A DNA stretch of 64,000 nt, taken from assembly GCF_036365525.1 (NCBI RefSeq), contig NC_090377.1, forward strand, positions 67,136,301 through 67,200,300. The letters are read 5' to 3'. Positions 38,229-50,923 of the stretch are shown piece after piece; the stretch's first letter is position 1, and every line of letters begins with the position of its first letter. The position numbers and the translations under genes were made by a program. The notes below the pieces were generated by a model that saw nothing but the letters and a program-made list of their open reading frames with translations, made no database searches and was not told the DNA's origin. This DNA is from Heterodontus francisci. Lineage: Eukaryota.

Positions 38229-38831
38229 CCCACTTCCTTCTGGAATGTGTCTTTGCAAAGCAGGTGTGGAAAGAGATGCAGTGGTTTTTGTCAAGGGTCA
38301 TCCCAAGCAGCTCTGTAACACAGGAGTCTGTACTCTACGGGCTGTTCCCAGGGACGCACACCGAGATAAACATCAACTGCTGCTGGAGGACCATCAATGC
38401 GGTGAAAGACGCTCTTTGGTCTGCCCGAAACTTGCTGGTCTTCCAACGCAAAGAGTTGTCCACGACCGAGTGTTGCAGACTGGCACATTCCAAAGTCCAG
38501 GACTGTGTGCTGAGGGACGCACTAAAGCTTGGGGCAGCCGCTGCAAAGGCTCAATGGGTAAAGACCACTGTGTAAGTTCCTCCCACCAAAGCGAACTGAG
38601 GGGCTGGACCCATGGAAACCCCTCGGGTTGTATACACCAAATATGGTTTTGCTGTAAAATGTACCTGGCAGGTAAAATGGAATGGAAGGGTTGTGGGGCA
38701 ACTCACTCCTGTATGGAAGAAAACTGATTTCCTTTGCACTTTTCGGAATGTCAACTTGGTGCTGTTTTGAACTTTTTTGTAATTTTTATTTTACAGATTT
38801 TTATGAATAAAGTATATTTTGGGAAAACAAA
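38229..38831 (+). mobile_element. Tx1/L1-group LINE 3' end inserted in an L2 tail (38145-38950)
   Basis: ORF 38264-38575 homologous to 34196-34560, AATAAA tail, TSD atcaccttatgtg / atcatcttatgtg. Confidence 0.88.
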
Positions 38832-39689
38832 ATCATCTTATGTGGCTCGATGTCAGTTTTGTTTGATAACTCTCCTGTGAAGAGCCTTGGGATCTTTTAC
38901 TATGTTAAAGATATTATATAAATGCAAGTTGTTGTTGTTATTGTTGTTGATCTGTCACTTACCGGATGGAAGCAGCCAGAAGCCTGAACCATTTTTATGG
39001 CCTAATTGGATTTCTATCAACAAGCTGCTCATGCACTCCCAGCAACTCACTAATCAAACAGGGTGGGAAATCTAGAGGCCCACCTCGTCCAGGTAGATTA
39101 AGGGGTGAGGGAGGGGCAAGGCAATCTTGGGGAGGACAGCAGAGGGCCATGCACTATGGGGAGTTGATTTTTGCTTGCCAGATGTAGCATTAATCATTTA
39201 AAAAGCTTTTTTGTCAACACCTTTAGTCTTTTAAGGACCTCTGGTTAGGCTGTTCTACAGCAAGTACCAACGGGAGGATCGTGAGCAGCACATATAACCG
39301 TCACTAGCACTTTAAAATTGCATTGGGCCCTATTGACATCATAGGACCCCAATTTGCATAAGATGTTAATGCTCTTGCCTGTTTGCAGCGAGAGCCAGGA
39401 ATACCTAATTCAAGGCCCTCACCAAAATAACGGCTGTCTGACCATCAACGGGAAGGTACGATAAGTGCGCACCCCCGGTTCCAGTACACTTATTACCCCA
39501 AATGCAACCAAAAACAGGGATGAAAATCGCTCCCAGAGTGTTGTTCCTCATTGTAACTGAGCTTATTTTTTAAAACAAAATTAGTTCAATGTTGAAACAA
39601 ACAAGCTTCAATAATCCCTAATTATCAGATCTCATGTTGACTGTGAGGCATGTAATCATTCAATAATAGCTATCAGAACCAGAGACAGA

Positions 39690-40248
39690 GGGTTGGATTT
39701 TATTCCGGTGATGGGGGACCCCGGAAGGCAGGAGGAGAACCCACCTCGGCCCTCCATTGGACCCCCATTGCTATTTAACGATGGGCAGCCAATTAACAGC
39801 CTTTAAGGGATGATCTCCTGCCTCCAGAGCTGCTTGCAATCAGACGGCCAGCAGCTCTGCATTACCAAGGACAGGTAAGTGGGGTCACCGGGACCAATCA
39901 GGCAGGCCCCGGAGAAGGGGTAGGTGGGGGGGGCTAGTGAGGGTGGAGGGGTGGTGGTCTTACAAGGAGGCAGCCATCACCACCAGGGGGAACCCTCTGG
40001 GACCTTTGGCTTGCCCCCAAAGGAGGGATCCCCCCGACCCTGCTCAGAGGCTGCATTTTCACGCAGAAACAGGCCCCTCCGACATTAATAAAATTGGTGG
40101 AGGTGGGAAGAAACCCTTAAGTGGCCATTAATTGTCCACTTAAGGACCTCAATTGACCTGGGGCAGGAAGGCCATCCTCGGCACCCCTTGCCATTTTATT
40201 TGCCCCCATCTCCCTGCCCGTCTCCAAGGGCAGGATAAAATCTTGCCC
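39690..40248. mobile_element. Harbinger-type MITE
   Basis: TIR gggttggattttat / ataaaatcttgccc, TSD aga/aga. Confidence 0.8.
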
Positions 40249-41346
40249 AGAGAAACAATATTTTTCCTGATCTTAATTCTTTAAAATAAAAAACAAATTT
40301 CAATTTGTAAGCTCTAATTATTGCCTGTTCTTTGTTTATAGCTAATAATTAGAATGTCTACATTTCATACACCTATGGGAGAGACAGACACAGAGATACA
40401 GATCTTGGCACTAATCACAAATCACCCAATTCAATGCTCACAGGGATTGCTAAGAAAGTCACAAACCATTGCTGTCACACAAGCACTTCCTGCACTCAAT
40501 GCTGTCAAGCCCATGCCCAGCCCCTTTTGACTGCTGACAGACACCAGGAATTTACCAGTGAGCCAACCTCACATCGAAACCCCAGATGTGCTAAGCCTCA
40601 GCTCTACCTGCCATGGTCCTGCTAAACCCAAAATTATTTCCCCATCATAATATCAGATCAAAAGAATCCCCATGTTGCCAATCTGCAATCATGTCAAACA
40701 CTGGATCATTCCCCAGTGCCACCAAGGCAAGGACTGTTCCCGCCATTACTGCAAAATATCAGGCATCTCCCTCCAATTCATGCATCTCGCATACCATCTT
40801 GTTTTCTATTCACAGCTTTAAAAATTGCAAGAGATAAAATATAAATACAAATAGGTAAAGGAATACATATATAAAATATGTAAAGGTCGTTCATTTACAG
40901 AAAAAGCAGAATACTGCAGATGATCTGAAGTAAAAACAAAAATATCCTGGAAAAATGCCAGGCAGCAACTGTGGAGAGTGGTCCTTTGTCAGCAACCAAT
41001 TCCAACTTTTTAAGGGTAAAGATACAGTCAACTGGTTAAGGTGCAGTCAAATATTGTTGGTGATTCAGGGTCTGCTGTCAAGAACCTTTAATTTCTTAAT
41101 TGATACAAAATACATATGTAAAACCAATAAATTCAATAATGAATTAATGGTTGATGGTCATAAGACAACTCTACACATACAGTACACCAACTTATTACAA
41201 GTACAATAGGTCAGGTGTCAGCCATGATTCAGTAGTAGCGCTCTCTCCTCTTGAGTCAGAAGGTTATGGGTTCAAGTTCCATTCCACAATATCTAGGATG
41301 CTACTTCAGTGCAGTACTGAGGGAGTAATACATTATCAGAGGCGCT

Positions 41347-42030
41347 GGCCGGGATTTAACTTGGGGCGGAGGGAAGGCGGCCACTGACTTTTCAGTCGGT
41401 GGCGAACCCGCTTCCGCCTTGCCTGGGGATCCGACCCGTATTTTGCAGGACGCTGGGCTTTAACTGGTGTGAGATGGACTTCCACCTGCTTGAGGTAGGA
41501 AGTCCTGCCTAATAGAGCTGCTGGCCAATCAGCGGGCCGGCAGCTAACTATTCCAGCAGCACCACCAGGTGCGGTGGCCACTGCTGGGACTACAGCCCAG
41601 CTTGAAGAAGAAGACGTCAGGGAGCACGGAACAAAGGTAAGTTTTGGTTGCCTCGCCGGGGGTGATCGATCGGGTCCCGGCAAGGGTGGTCAATTGGGTG
41701 GATGGTGGAGGGGGGAGCATGTTGGGCATGGTTGGGGCAGCGGGGGTGGCCCACCATCGGGACAGGGTGCCTGATCATGAGAGTCCTCCTGTGCAGTCAG
41801 AGTGCCGTCTGCTTTTGTCAGGAGGCTTCTCTCGAGCCTCGGCCGCCCAACTAGTGATAGGTAAAGCCTCCGTGGAGATTCTGAAGAAGGGTCACTGACC
41901 TGAAACGTTAACTCTGCTTCTCTCTCCACAGATGCTGCCAGACCTGCTGAGTATTTCCAGCTTTTCTTGTTTTTATTTAAAATCTCCGTGGAGGCGGGCA
42001 AAGGCGTTTAAGTGGCCACTTAAGGGCCTT
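41347..42030. mobile_element. Harbinger-type MITE (right end lost) inserted into a Deu-SINE head (41215-41346)
   Basis: Terminus ggccgggatttaac. Shared motifs (gccaatcag, ttaagtggccacttaa) with 3445-4160 and 39690-40248. Confidence 0.7.
41878..41977 (+). mobile_element. Penelope-associated hammerhead repeat
   Basis: Core at 41881-41909 is identical to the reverse complement of 136-164. Flanking duplication taaagcctccgtggag / taaaatctccgtggag. Confidence 0.8.
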
Positions 42031-42034
42031 GATT

Positions 42035-42445
42035 TAAAGGCCTGCTACCCGACCCAAACCCGAAGGGACCCGACACATGTGTCGAGTTCAGGTTGGGTCG
42101 GGCCCCTCCTCCGGGCCCGGCTTTCGGGCTCGGGTCAGGTCGGGCCGAGTCCAGGTCGGGTCGGGTTGGGCCGTACACACACGGTAAGTGCTCTGCCGGT
42201 AAGTATTAAAAATAAAAATACTTACCTGAGCTGGGAGTCCGGGACGAAACTGAATCTGCGCAGTGAGCAAGTGATGTCACTATGACATCATCATGCATGC
42301 GCTGCAGCTTCATGGCGATTCCCAGTCGGAAAGTAAGTAAAGGGATGGTCGGGTCGGGCTTGAGTCGGGCCGAGTGGGGTCGGGCTCAGGTCTGGTCAGG
42401 CTCAGGGTGAAATTGGAAGGTCTCAGGCCGGGTCGGCCTCAGGTC
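42035..42445. mobile_element. hAT-type MITE (family of 8544-9008, opposite orientation, truncated)
   Basis: TIR taaaggcctgctacccgaccc, tcggg arrays, shared internal blocks (acctgagctgggagtccggg, gctgcagctt). Confidence 0.8.
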
Positions 42446-42449
42446 TGCT

Positions 42450-42947
42450 GTGGATCCAGAAGCTTGTTTCCAGCAAACCAGAAGGCACGTGCCCTCTACA
42501 GAATCCTGTACTATACAGGAGTGAACTCGAAGTGATCCACTGACTTCAACTGAACTTTCAACCAAGAGAAAAATCTACAATCACCTCAGGCCTGCAACCA
42601 ACGAGAATTCGATTTCCACAAGAATTCAACAGGTTTACTATGACATCCAGCAAAACCTACCCCCACTTATAACTGTTTTCCCCTTTTCCCCCCTGTGTCT
42701 CTTCTTGTGTGTTTGTGTGCGAGTGAAAGCGTGAGTGGATGCTGTTGCGACAACTTTGGGATAAGGCATATTGATCAATAAACAATTGATTTTCTGTTTT
42801 TAAATCTACAAGAAAACCTGTTACTGTCTGCTTATTTCACAAATAAAGCACCTAGGGGTTAAACCCGAGTAACAAAACACACTTGCTGCAATCAGATGGG
42901 GAGTTGAACAGTGAGAACCACCCACATTGCACCACGTGGCCATAACA
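42450..42947 (+). mobile_element. LTR 3' fragment
   Basis: AATAAA, aagaaaacctgt block as in 26405-27443, ends ggccataaca. Confidence 0.55.
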
Positions 42948-44684
42948 TAGGACTTAATGTCAGATATGGAATTGGATGGTACAGTACTAGCCCTGGATTC
43001 AATGGTGGGGCAGAAAATTTGGCAGCATCACTGTATCACAATTCCATGCTTCCAGATGATGTCAATAGGAGAGAGGGTAGATGTAGGTGATGGGAACCAA
43101 GATCAAGGATAGAGTATACGGAACAGTGCAGGATCCCTTCTGGACTTGAGAGGAGAAAATTGAAGAGATGTAATGATTGGGTTGGGACAGCAAGGAACAG
43201 AACCACCATATGGCACAAAGACTTAAAAAGCTTCAAATGATCCTGAAGGCTTGTATAATTAATGGTTTATTGATACTAAATGACGACAGAAAAGCATGCT
43301 AGCACTGTAACTGCAACATATCTAAGTTAAACACATATTGTTTTTAAAGGCAACATTGCTTCAGAAGTATTTTAGTGGCTGTTCAATCAACGTGAAAAGC
43401 TATACTGATTGAATTAAATAAATCACTTTAGCAGTCATTTGCAAAGGGATTGTGTCATAGGTTATCTCTTTTTGAATTGTTGCATTGTCTATAGTGTCTG
43501 ACTGTTTAAGAGGCAACACATGCTTCTTTGAAATGCATCTCAATTTGCTTTTCAGATGTGACCTCAAATCTATTGAGGAGAGACAAATGTGATAAAAAGA
43601 CAATGGAGTATTGAAAGAAAGGAAACCCCAAACACACATTTTCTTTTGAAGTTTTGATACAGACCAGTTACAGCTACGTGAAGCGGGAATACCAAGAACC
43701 AACAGCATATTACTCTGAACAGTGTTTGTCAATCACTTCTTTTCTAGCGTGAATGTCAATCAAACTACAAAAACTAATCTCATCACCAAAAGAAGGTGTC
43801 TTTTTAAGTAATCTAAAGAAGTGGGATTAATTCACTGCTTTCCCATTAAACCAACTGGATAAAAGAGAAATCACTATGGAGATGCTTTCAGTACTTTGCA
43901 CCTTATTATTGGTTTCAATTATTTCAGCTCCTTTTCAAAGTCGAAGGAGCAACACTTCTTTTCACAAATGCTAGTTATTTGATGCTGGTTCCTAAGGATA
44001 CAGGAACATACATGGAAGATGCTTTCACTCTCAGTAGGTTCAAATTTTAAATAGAACCAGTCAAGTTTTGTCCACATGAATTGAATACTGCTCTTTGTGT
44101 GAGCAGATAAAGCCTATACAGATTGAATTTAAAATGACTGCATCAGTCTAATTACTGGAGTAAAACAATTGATGTGGTGTAAAACCTCACTAGCAATTTA
44201 GAAATAATAGTCTTTATTTGTAATTCAGTCAGCTTTGAGGATGGAAGGAAAATAAATATAATGCTACATAGTTGTCTGAAGTAGTGGGCCTTAATATTAA
44301 TAGTTAAAATAAAACAACCTTTAAATTCCAGCTTTCTTATGCAATATAGCTACTGTTGTTTGACAGGAAATCCACATGCTTTGGAGAGCAGATAGAGCAT
44401 TTGAACAAAGCATCCCTGCACTCATTTCACTAGAAGACCAATTGCTAGTGGAATGTTTGCAGCTGCTTACAGCTGGAAACCATTTACCATCATTACAACA
44501 ATTGGTAGCTGAATAAAAGAAAAAAGAATTAAACAGATTGTTTTCAGGTCCTACTATTTTATGAACTCAATAATAAATGTTCCTAAAGTAATAAAATAAT
44601 TCATTTTGAACAGATCAAAAGACATTAATTATCATGGAACACACTTCATTAAAGTATCACACTTGTCTTACACTACGGTAGATT

Positions 44685-46950
44685 CATATGAACATAGAGA
44701 CATAGGAGCAGGAGTAGGCCATTCAGCCCTTCAAGCCTGCTCCACCATTCGATAAGATCATGGCTGATTTGGTTGTGGTCTCAACTCCACTCCACTTTCC
44801 TGTCTGTCCCCCATAACCCTTGACTCCCTTGTCTATCAAAAATCTATCTAACTCAGCCGTGAATAAATTCAATGACCCAGCCTCCACTACTTTCAGGGGA
44901 AGAGAATTCCACAGACTAATGACCCTCTGAGAGAAAAAATAATTCTCCTCATATCCGCTGTAAAAGGGAGACCTCTTATTCTTAAACTGTGTCACCTCAT
45001 TCTAGTCTTCCCCACAAGAGGAAACATCCTCCCAGTATCCACTGTATAAAGTCCCCTCAGGATCTTATATGTTTCAATAAGATCACCTCTCATTCTACTA
45101 AACTCCAATGGGTATAGGCCCCACCTGTTTAACCTTTCTTCATAAAATAAGGCTTCATCCCCAGAAATAGTCGAGTGAACCTTCTCTGAACTGTTTCTAA
45201 TGCAATTATATCCTTTTTCAAATAACGAGACCAAAACTGTACACAGTACTCCAGATGTGGTCTCACCAAGGTCCTGTACAGCCGCAGTAAAACTTCCCTA
45301 CTTTTTTACTCGATTCCCTGGCAATAAACACCAACATTCCATTTGCTTTCCTAATCACTTGCCATACCTGCATACTAACCTTTTGTGATTCAGGTGACAG
45401 GGCACCCAGATCCCTCTGTATCACTGAGTTCTGCAATCTCTCTCCATTTAAATAATATACTGCTTTTCTATTCTTCCTGCCAAAGTGGACAAGTTCACAT
45501 TTTCCACATTATACTCCATCTGCCAAATTTTTGCCCACTCACTTATTCTACCTATATCCTTTTGTAGACTCTTTACCTCCTCTTGACAACTTACTTTCCT
45601 TCCTATCTTGGTGTCATCAGCAAAATTAGCTACCATATCTTTGATCCCTTCATCCAAGTCATTGATATAAATTGTAAATAGTTGAGGCCCCAGCACTGAT
45701 CCCTGTGACATTCCACTAGTTACAGCTTGCCAACCCGACAAAGACCCAATTATCCCTACTCTCTTCTTCCTGTTAGCTAACCAATCCTTTATCCATGCTA
45801 ATATGTTACCCCCTACACCGTGTACTCTTATCTTGCGTAGTAACCTTGGATGTGGCACCTTATCAAATGCCTTTTGGAAATTCAAGTACACCACATCTAC
45901 AGGTTCCCCTTTATCTATCTTGCTTGTTACTTCCTCAAAGAACTCTAATAAATTAGTTAGAAATTTCTGTTTCACAAAGCCATGTTAACTCTGTCTGCTC
46001 CCATTTAGATTTTTTAAGTATCCTGCTATAACCTCCTTATATAGGTTATATAATAATGGATTCTAGTAATTTACCTATGACAGACGTTAGGCTAACTGGC
46101 CTATAGTTTCCTGCTTTCTGTCTCCCTCATTTCTTGAATAAAGTTGTTACATTTACTATTTTCCGAGCCACTGGGATCCTTCCAGAATCTAAGGAATTTT
46201 GGAAGATTATAACCAAAGCCTCTACTATCTCTGCAGCCACTTCCTTTAAGACCCAATAATGCAGGCCATCTGGTCCTGGGGACTTGTCAGCCTTTAGGTC
46301 TAATAGTTTTTCCAGCACCTTTTCCCTGGTGATGGTGATTGTTTTAAGTTCCTCCCTCCCTTTCATCTCTTGATTTTCAAGTATCTTTGTCAGGTTTTCT
46401 AAGTCTTCTACAGTGAAGACAGACACAAAATACCTGTTCAACACCTCCACATTTCTTTGTTTTCCATTATCAATTCCCCAGACTCTCTAGAGGACCAGCA
46501 CTTGCTTTAGTTACTCTTTTCCTATTTAAATACTTGCACAAACTCACTATCTGTTTTTATATTGCAAGCTAGTTTTCTCTCATACTCTACTCTCTCCCTC
46601 GTAATGAATTTTTTCGTCATTCTTTGCTGGTTCTTAAAATCTGCTCAATCTTCTGACCTACCACTAATCTTTGCATATTTGTACAGTGTTTCTTTTAATT
46701 TGATACTATCCTTAACTTCTTTATTTAGCCACGGATGAAGCATCCTTCTCAAAGAATCTTTCTTTCTCACTGGGATAAATCTTTGCTGTGAGTTATTAAA
46801 TATCTCCTTAAAAGTCTGCCACTGCATCTCAACTGTTCTACCTTTTAACCTAGTTTCCCACTAGCTCTGCCTTCAGACCCTTGTAATTACCTTTGTTTAG
46901 GTTTAAAACACGAGTCTTAGACCCACACTTCTCCCCTTCAAACTGAATGG
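44685..46950 (-). mobile_element. CR1 LINE ORF2 3' ~2.3 kb
   Basis: KSPGPDGLH, LTNLLEFFEEVT, FQKAFDKVPH, QGSVLGPQLF, FADDTK, RGDLIETYKIL and CR1 tail. Confidence 0.95.
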
Positions 46951-48116
46951 GCATTCACTGATCAGAAATAAGGGATTTGAAAACTGGGTCAGATCATCTC
47001 ACTTGGCAAAATGCATCCACTTGGGTAAGTTTCCAGCCTGGGTTAATTTAATCCTGGACCTCATTTAAATACCATTGATCCACTTGGGATGAGGGCACAG
47101 AGCAGCTGCCAGCAGCGTAGGATTGGCTGCCCACCAGCTTATAGTTAAGTGGTGGGAAAGAGGTTTTGCTAAGGTCTTTTGACAGGGAAGGGAGGCAAAA
47201 GCAGAGGAGGCCATGACTTTCCTTATGAGGCCTGGAGGAGCATTCCTGCTCTTCGTGATCCCACGAAAGCAAACGTTTTCATGCAAGTGGAGGGCCTTCT
47301 TCTCACCAGCTGCTGACTTGTTACAGCCAGGCAGGAAATGCATGGCGGATTTCTGGTTCAGGACCCAGATAAAATTCCAGTGAGGTCCTATCATTGTAAT
47401 AAAATCCTGATTTACATAAGTTCACGGGGCTCCTGCCTGCTTTAGGTGGGCAACTCATCCGCCTGCAGGATCCTGCAGGTTAAGGGAATTAAGGGATATG
47501 GGGAAAGTGTGGCAAGATAGAATTGAGGTAGCAGATCAACCATGATCTTGTTGAATGGCGGAGCAGGCTCGAAGGGCCAAGTGGCCTACTCCAGCTCCTA
47601 TTTCTTATGTTCTTATGTAAGATTGGAAAGAGCTGCAAAGGGTCAAGTTCCTTGCTCATTTTTAACTGGCCATTTTCCCAGTTTCCATCGAGCAGATAAA
47701 GTTAATGTTTTAGTTATTCTACTGGCTTAAATCTGATAATCTACTAAATGTTACTAAATAATTTAGGAATATTAGGAGCAAAAGTAGGCCACTCAGTCCC
47801 TCAAGGCTGCTATACAATTCAATTAGATCATAGTCGAGCTGTACCTCAAAGCTGTTTATCCGCCTTTTCTCTATAGCCCTTGATAATCTTTACCTAACAA
47901 AAATCTTTCTATTTTAGTCCTGAAAGCTCCAATTATCCTAGCATTCACAGACTTTTGGGGGAGAGTTCCAGGTTTCTATTACCTCCTGTGTGAACAAGTG
48001 CTTCCTAAGGAGAAAGAACACTGCAATACAAGCAGTTCTTATATATTAAACACTCTCAAACATATTTTTGATTTTTTAAAGGTTTTTTTTCTTGTTTTTA
48101 ATAGAGTGCACACAGA

Positions 48117-49168
48117 AGTTGGAATTTTACAGCTCCGGAGCAGATGGCATTGGAGGCGGGGTGGGGGCATAAAATTGTGTGGGGTGGCATTGGGATGGAT
48201 CTCTGACGTCAGCACGCCGGGTCCATATTTTACCAGTGGCGGATGGCAAGTCGAGTGAGAATGGGACGTGCTTTTTCAAAACCAGAAACTGAAAGCTTTG
48301 AGATTGTTGAACGGCATTTTACGTGCCCATTCAAAATTTACAAGGAGTGCACAGGGCTGTGGGACATCAGCTGAGATCATTGCTGCATTCAGCAGCCATG
48401 TGGTCAGACAGTGCACCTTCACAGGAAGGCTAATGCAGCATGACCAGAGCATTTAGTGTGGAGGATGGGGAGTTAAGGAGACAGGGATCTGGGGTTGAGC
48501 CTCCATCGTGCCAGCAAGCTCCTGGATCAATCGCGAGGGGGCTGAGTGGGAGGTGGACCCTGTTAAGGAAGCAACTGGCAGAGTGGCTCTTCAGACCAGC
48601 AGTGCCCAAGTGCCAAGGTCATCATCCATTCAGGAGGCGGCTCCTCCAGCGAGGAGGAGAACTTGAGAGTGCAGGAGGTGCGGGCACACGGATCTGGTCA
48701 GCAGAAACCTCATGGCCACCTGCAGGGGCAACCTCAGGATGGGGAAGTGGCAGAAGGCCACATCGGTGACCTCTTCGCCTCTCCCAATGGCAGGTTCACA
48801 TTGCTGGCTGGATGTCTTCTGAAGCTGCTGTGCAGCTGCACAGTTGGTCACAGATTGGTGGACAGGATGATCCAAGGCTGCTGCAAAGATTGTAACAGGC
48901 TGCTGGGTAGGTTGGTCTGAGGCAGCGTTCCAGTGCTGGAAGCCCTTTAAAGATGGCTCCAGCACATCCGATTGTATCAGCTGACAATGCGGCTACTGCC
49001 TCAGTCCCTGCCTCTGGCCAGTGAATGGTCGGCCACCCCACTTGCTGGCCATTAATTGGTCAGCCGGTCCGAGATTCCTCCAAGAATGGGGATTGGAGCA
49101 GCAGTGCCAGCGTCACCTGCTTCTGGTCCCGCCTTTCTCTCCCCACCAGGTCACGTGAAATCCCAGCC
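48117..49168. mobile_element. Harbinger-derived non-autonomous element inserted in a CR1 3' end (continues to ~49510)
   Basis: Termini agttggaatttt / gaaatcccagcc, TSD aga/aga. CR1 sequence resumes with agaatgtttcc. Confidence 0.75.
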
Positions 49169-50923
49169 AGAATGTTTCCATTTGTGGGGAAGAGCAAAAT
49201 TAGAGACCATCAATATAAGATAGTTGCCAAGAAATCAAATAGGGAATTCAGAAGAAACCTCTTTACCCCAGAGAGTGGTGAGAATGTGGCACTTGCAACC
49301 ACAGGGAGTGGTTGATGAGAATAGTGCAGATATGTTTAAGGGGAGGCTAGAAAAGCATATGAGACAGCAGGGAATATAAGGTTACATTGATAGAGTTAGA
49401 TGAGGAAAGATGGAATGAGGTTCGAGTGAAGCATAATCTCCAGCATGGACTAGTTGGGCCGAATGGCCCGTTTCTGTGCTGTCTATCCTATATAATCCTA
49501 TGTATGTAATGTCTCAATGATTTTGGAATTGTTAAGACTCACTTCCACAATAGAAGTATAGGTGATAAAATTGAGTAGGTTATTTGCATTACTTGTACAT
49601 TGTAGGCAACATTTTTTGTATTAGCTGAAATTCACACAGACAGAATATTCCTGGATTCTTTCTGCTTGGCAAATGGAGTGATCTTCTAAGCACCCATTGG
49701 GTCTATGATCATGACAGTTAAGAACCATAAGTACTAAAGGATTATCAAAATGGCAGCAGCTCAGTTCAAGTGATCTGAACAAAGACACTCAAACCTCAAA
49801 TCTTTATAGCATCCCCCTATTCCTACCTCTAAGGTTAACTAAATGCAAACCGAAATATTAAAATTTACAGCTAGGTATAACAACTAATTTTACAGAATAA
49901 AAAAAAATCCCTCACCTGACATAAATGTAAAGGAAGTACCTCATTTCATTAACGTAACTGAGAATGAATTACTCCATCTTAAATGCTTATACAGTGTCTT
50001 TAGCATAGTAAAACATCCCAAGGCACTTTACAGAAGCACTATCAGACAAAATTTAACATCAAGAGATATTGGGGCATGAGTTTGGTCAAAGGTGAATGTT
50101 TTAAGGAGCATTTTCAAGGAGCAGAGAGGTAGCGAGGTGAGATTTAGGAAGGGAATTCCAGAACCTAGCCCCTAAGTAGCTAACACAGCTTTCTCTCAAA
50201 GTTCTTTTAGGCTCCTGGTTGATGTATCCATCCCTAAGCCGGGCTTCCCTCCTTCCCCCAACCACGAAGCCCTTCCAAACCATCTCCCAGCCACTTCCCC
50301 GAGCACTGGGGACAGTTCCTTTGGTCATCTATTTCTAGAACAAGGGAATTAAAACAATGCTTATGCAAATACAGCTGTCACTCACAATAGGGTTCAAAGG
50401 CTCCACCCTTGTTGACTCCACCCAAATAAGATGACAGGCTATCAATCTCCCAGCGTCAATAGACTTACGGCTATAAAGATGGATAAGAAAGATATCTGAT
50501 GTGGTCAGCACTAATAGCTTTGTAATGAAAACATATTAACATTTTAAGGCCATCTTGATTCCTTATAATTCAGTTTAATAATTTGCAGAGTACAGCAAGG
50601 AATCAACATTGGAATCATCCATTAATATATGAACCAAACTAAGCTTCATTTTCACCTTCATCCCTTGGGTGATAAACTAAACTATCCGATTTTCGATAAC
50701 AATCAGCTGGGTTCTATAAGTGGCAAGCAACCCATGGCACCAGCTACTATCCAAGTGGTGAATGTGAAAACTATTTGCACTGTCTCATTTTACCTGGGCC
50801 TCAGTATTAACCCCCATGATGGGCAGGAGGAGGTCAAAAGAAAGAACTTGCATTTATATAGCGCCTTTTACATTCCCAAGATGTCCCAAAGTACTTTACA
50901 GCCAAGTCATCGGAAGTGTGGTC

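Noticed and set aside
38047-38727. 226-aa ORF
   Set aside because: Chimeric read-through of unique DNA, an L2 tail and an off-frame Tx1 segment.
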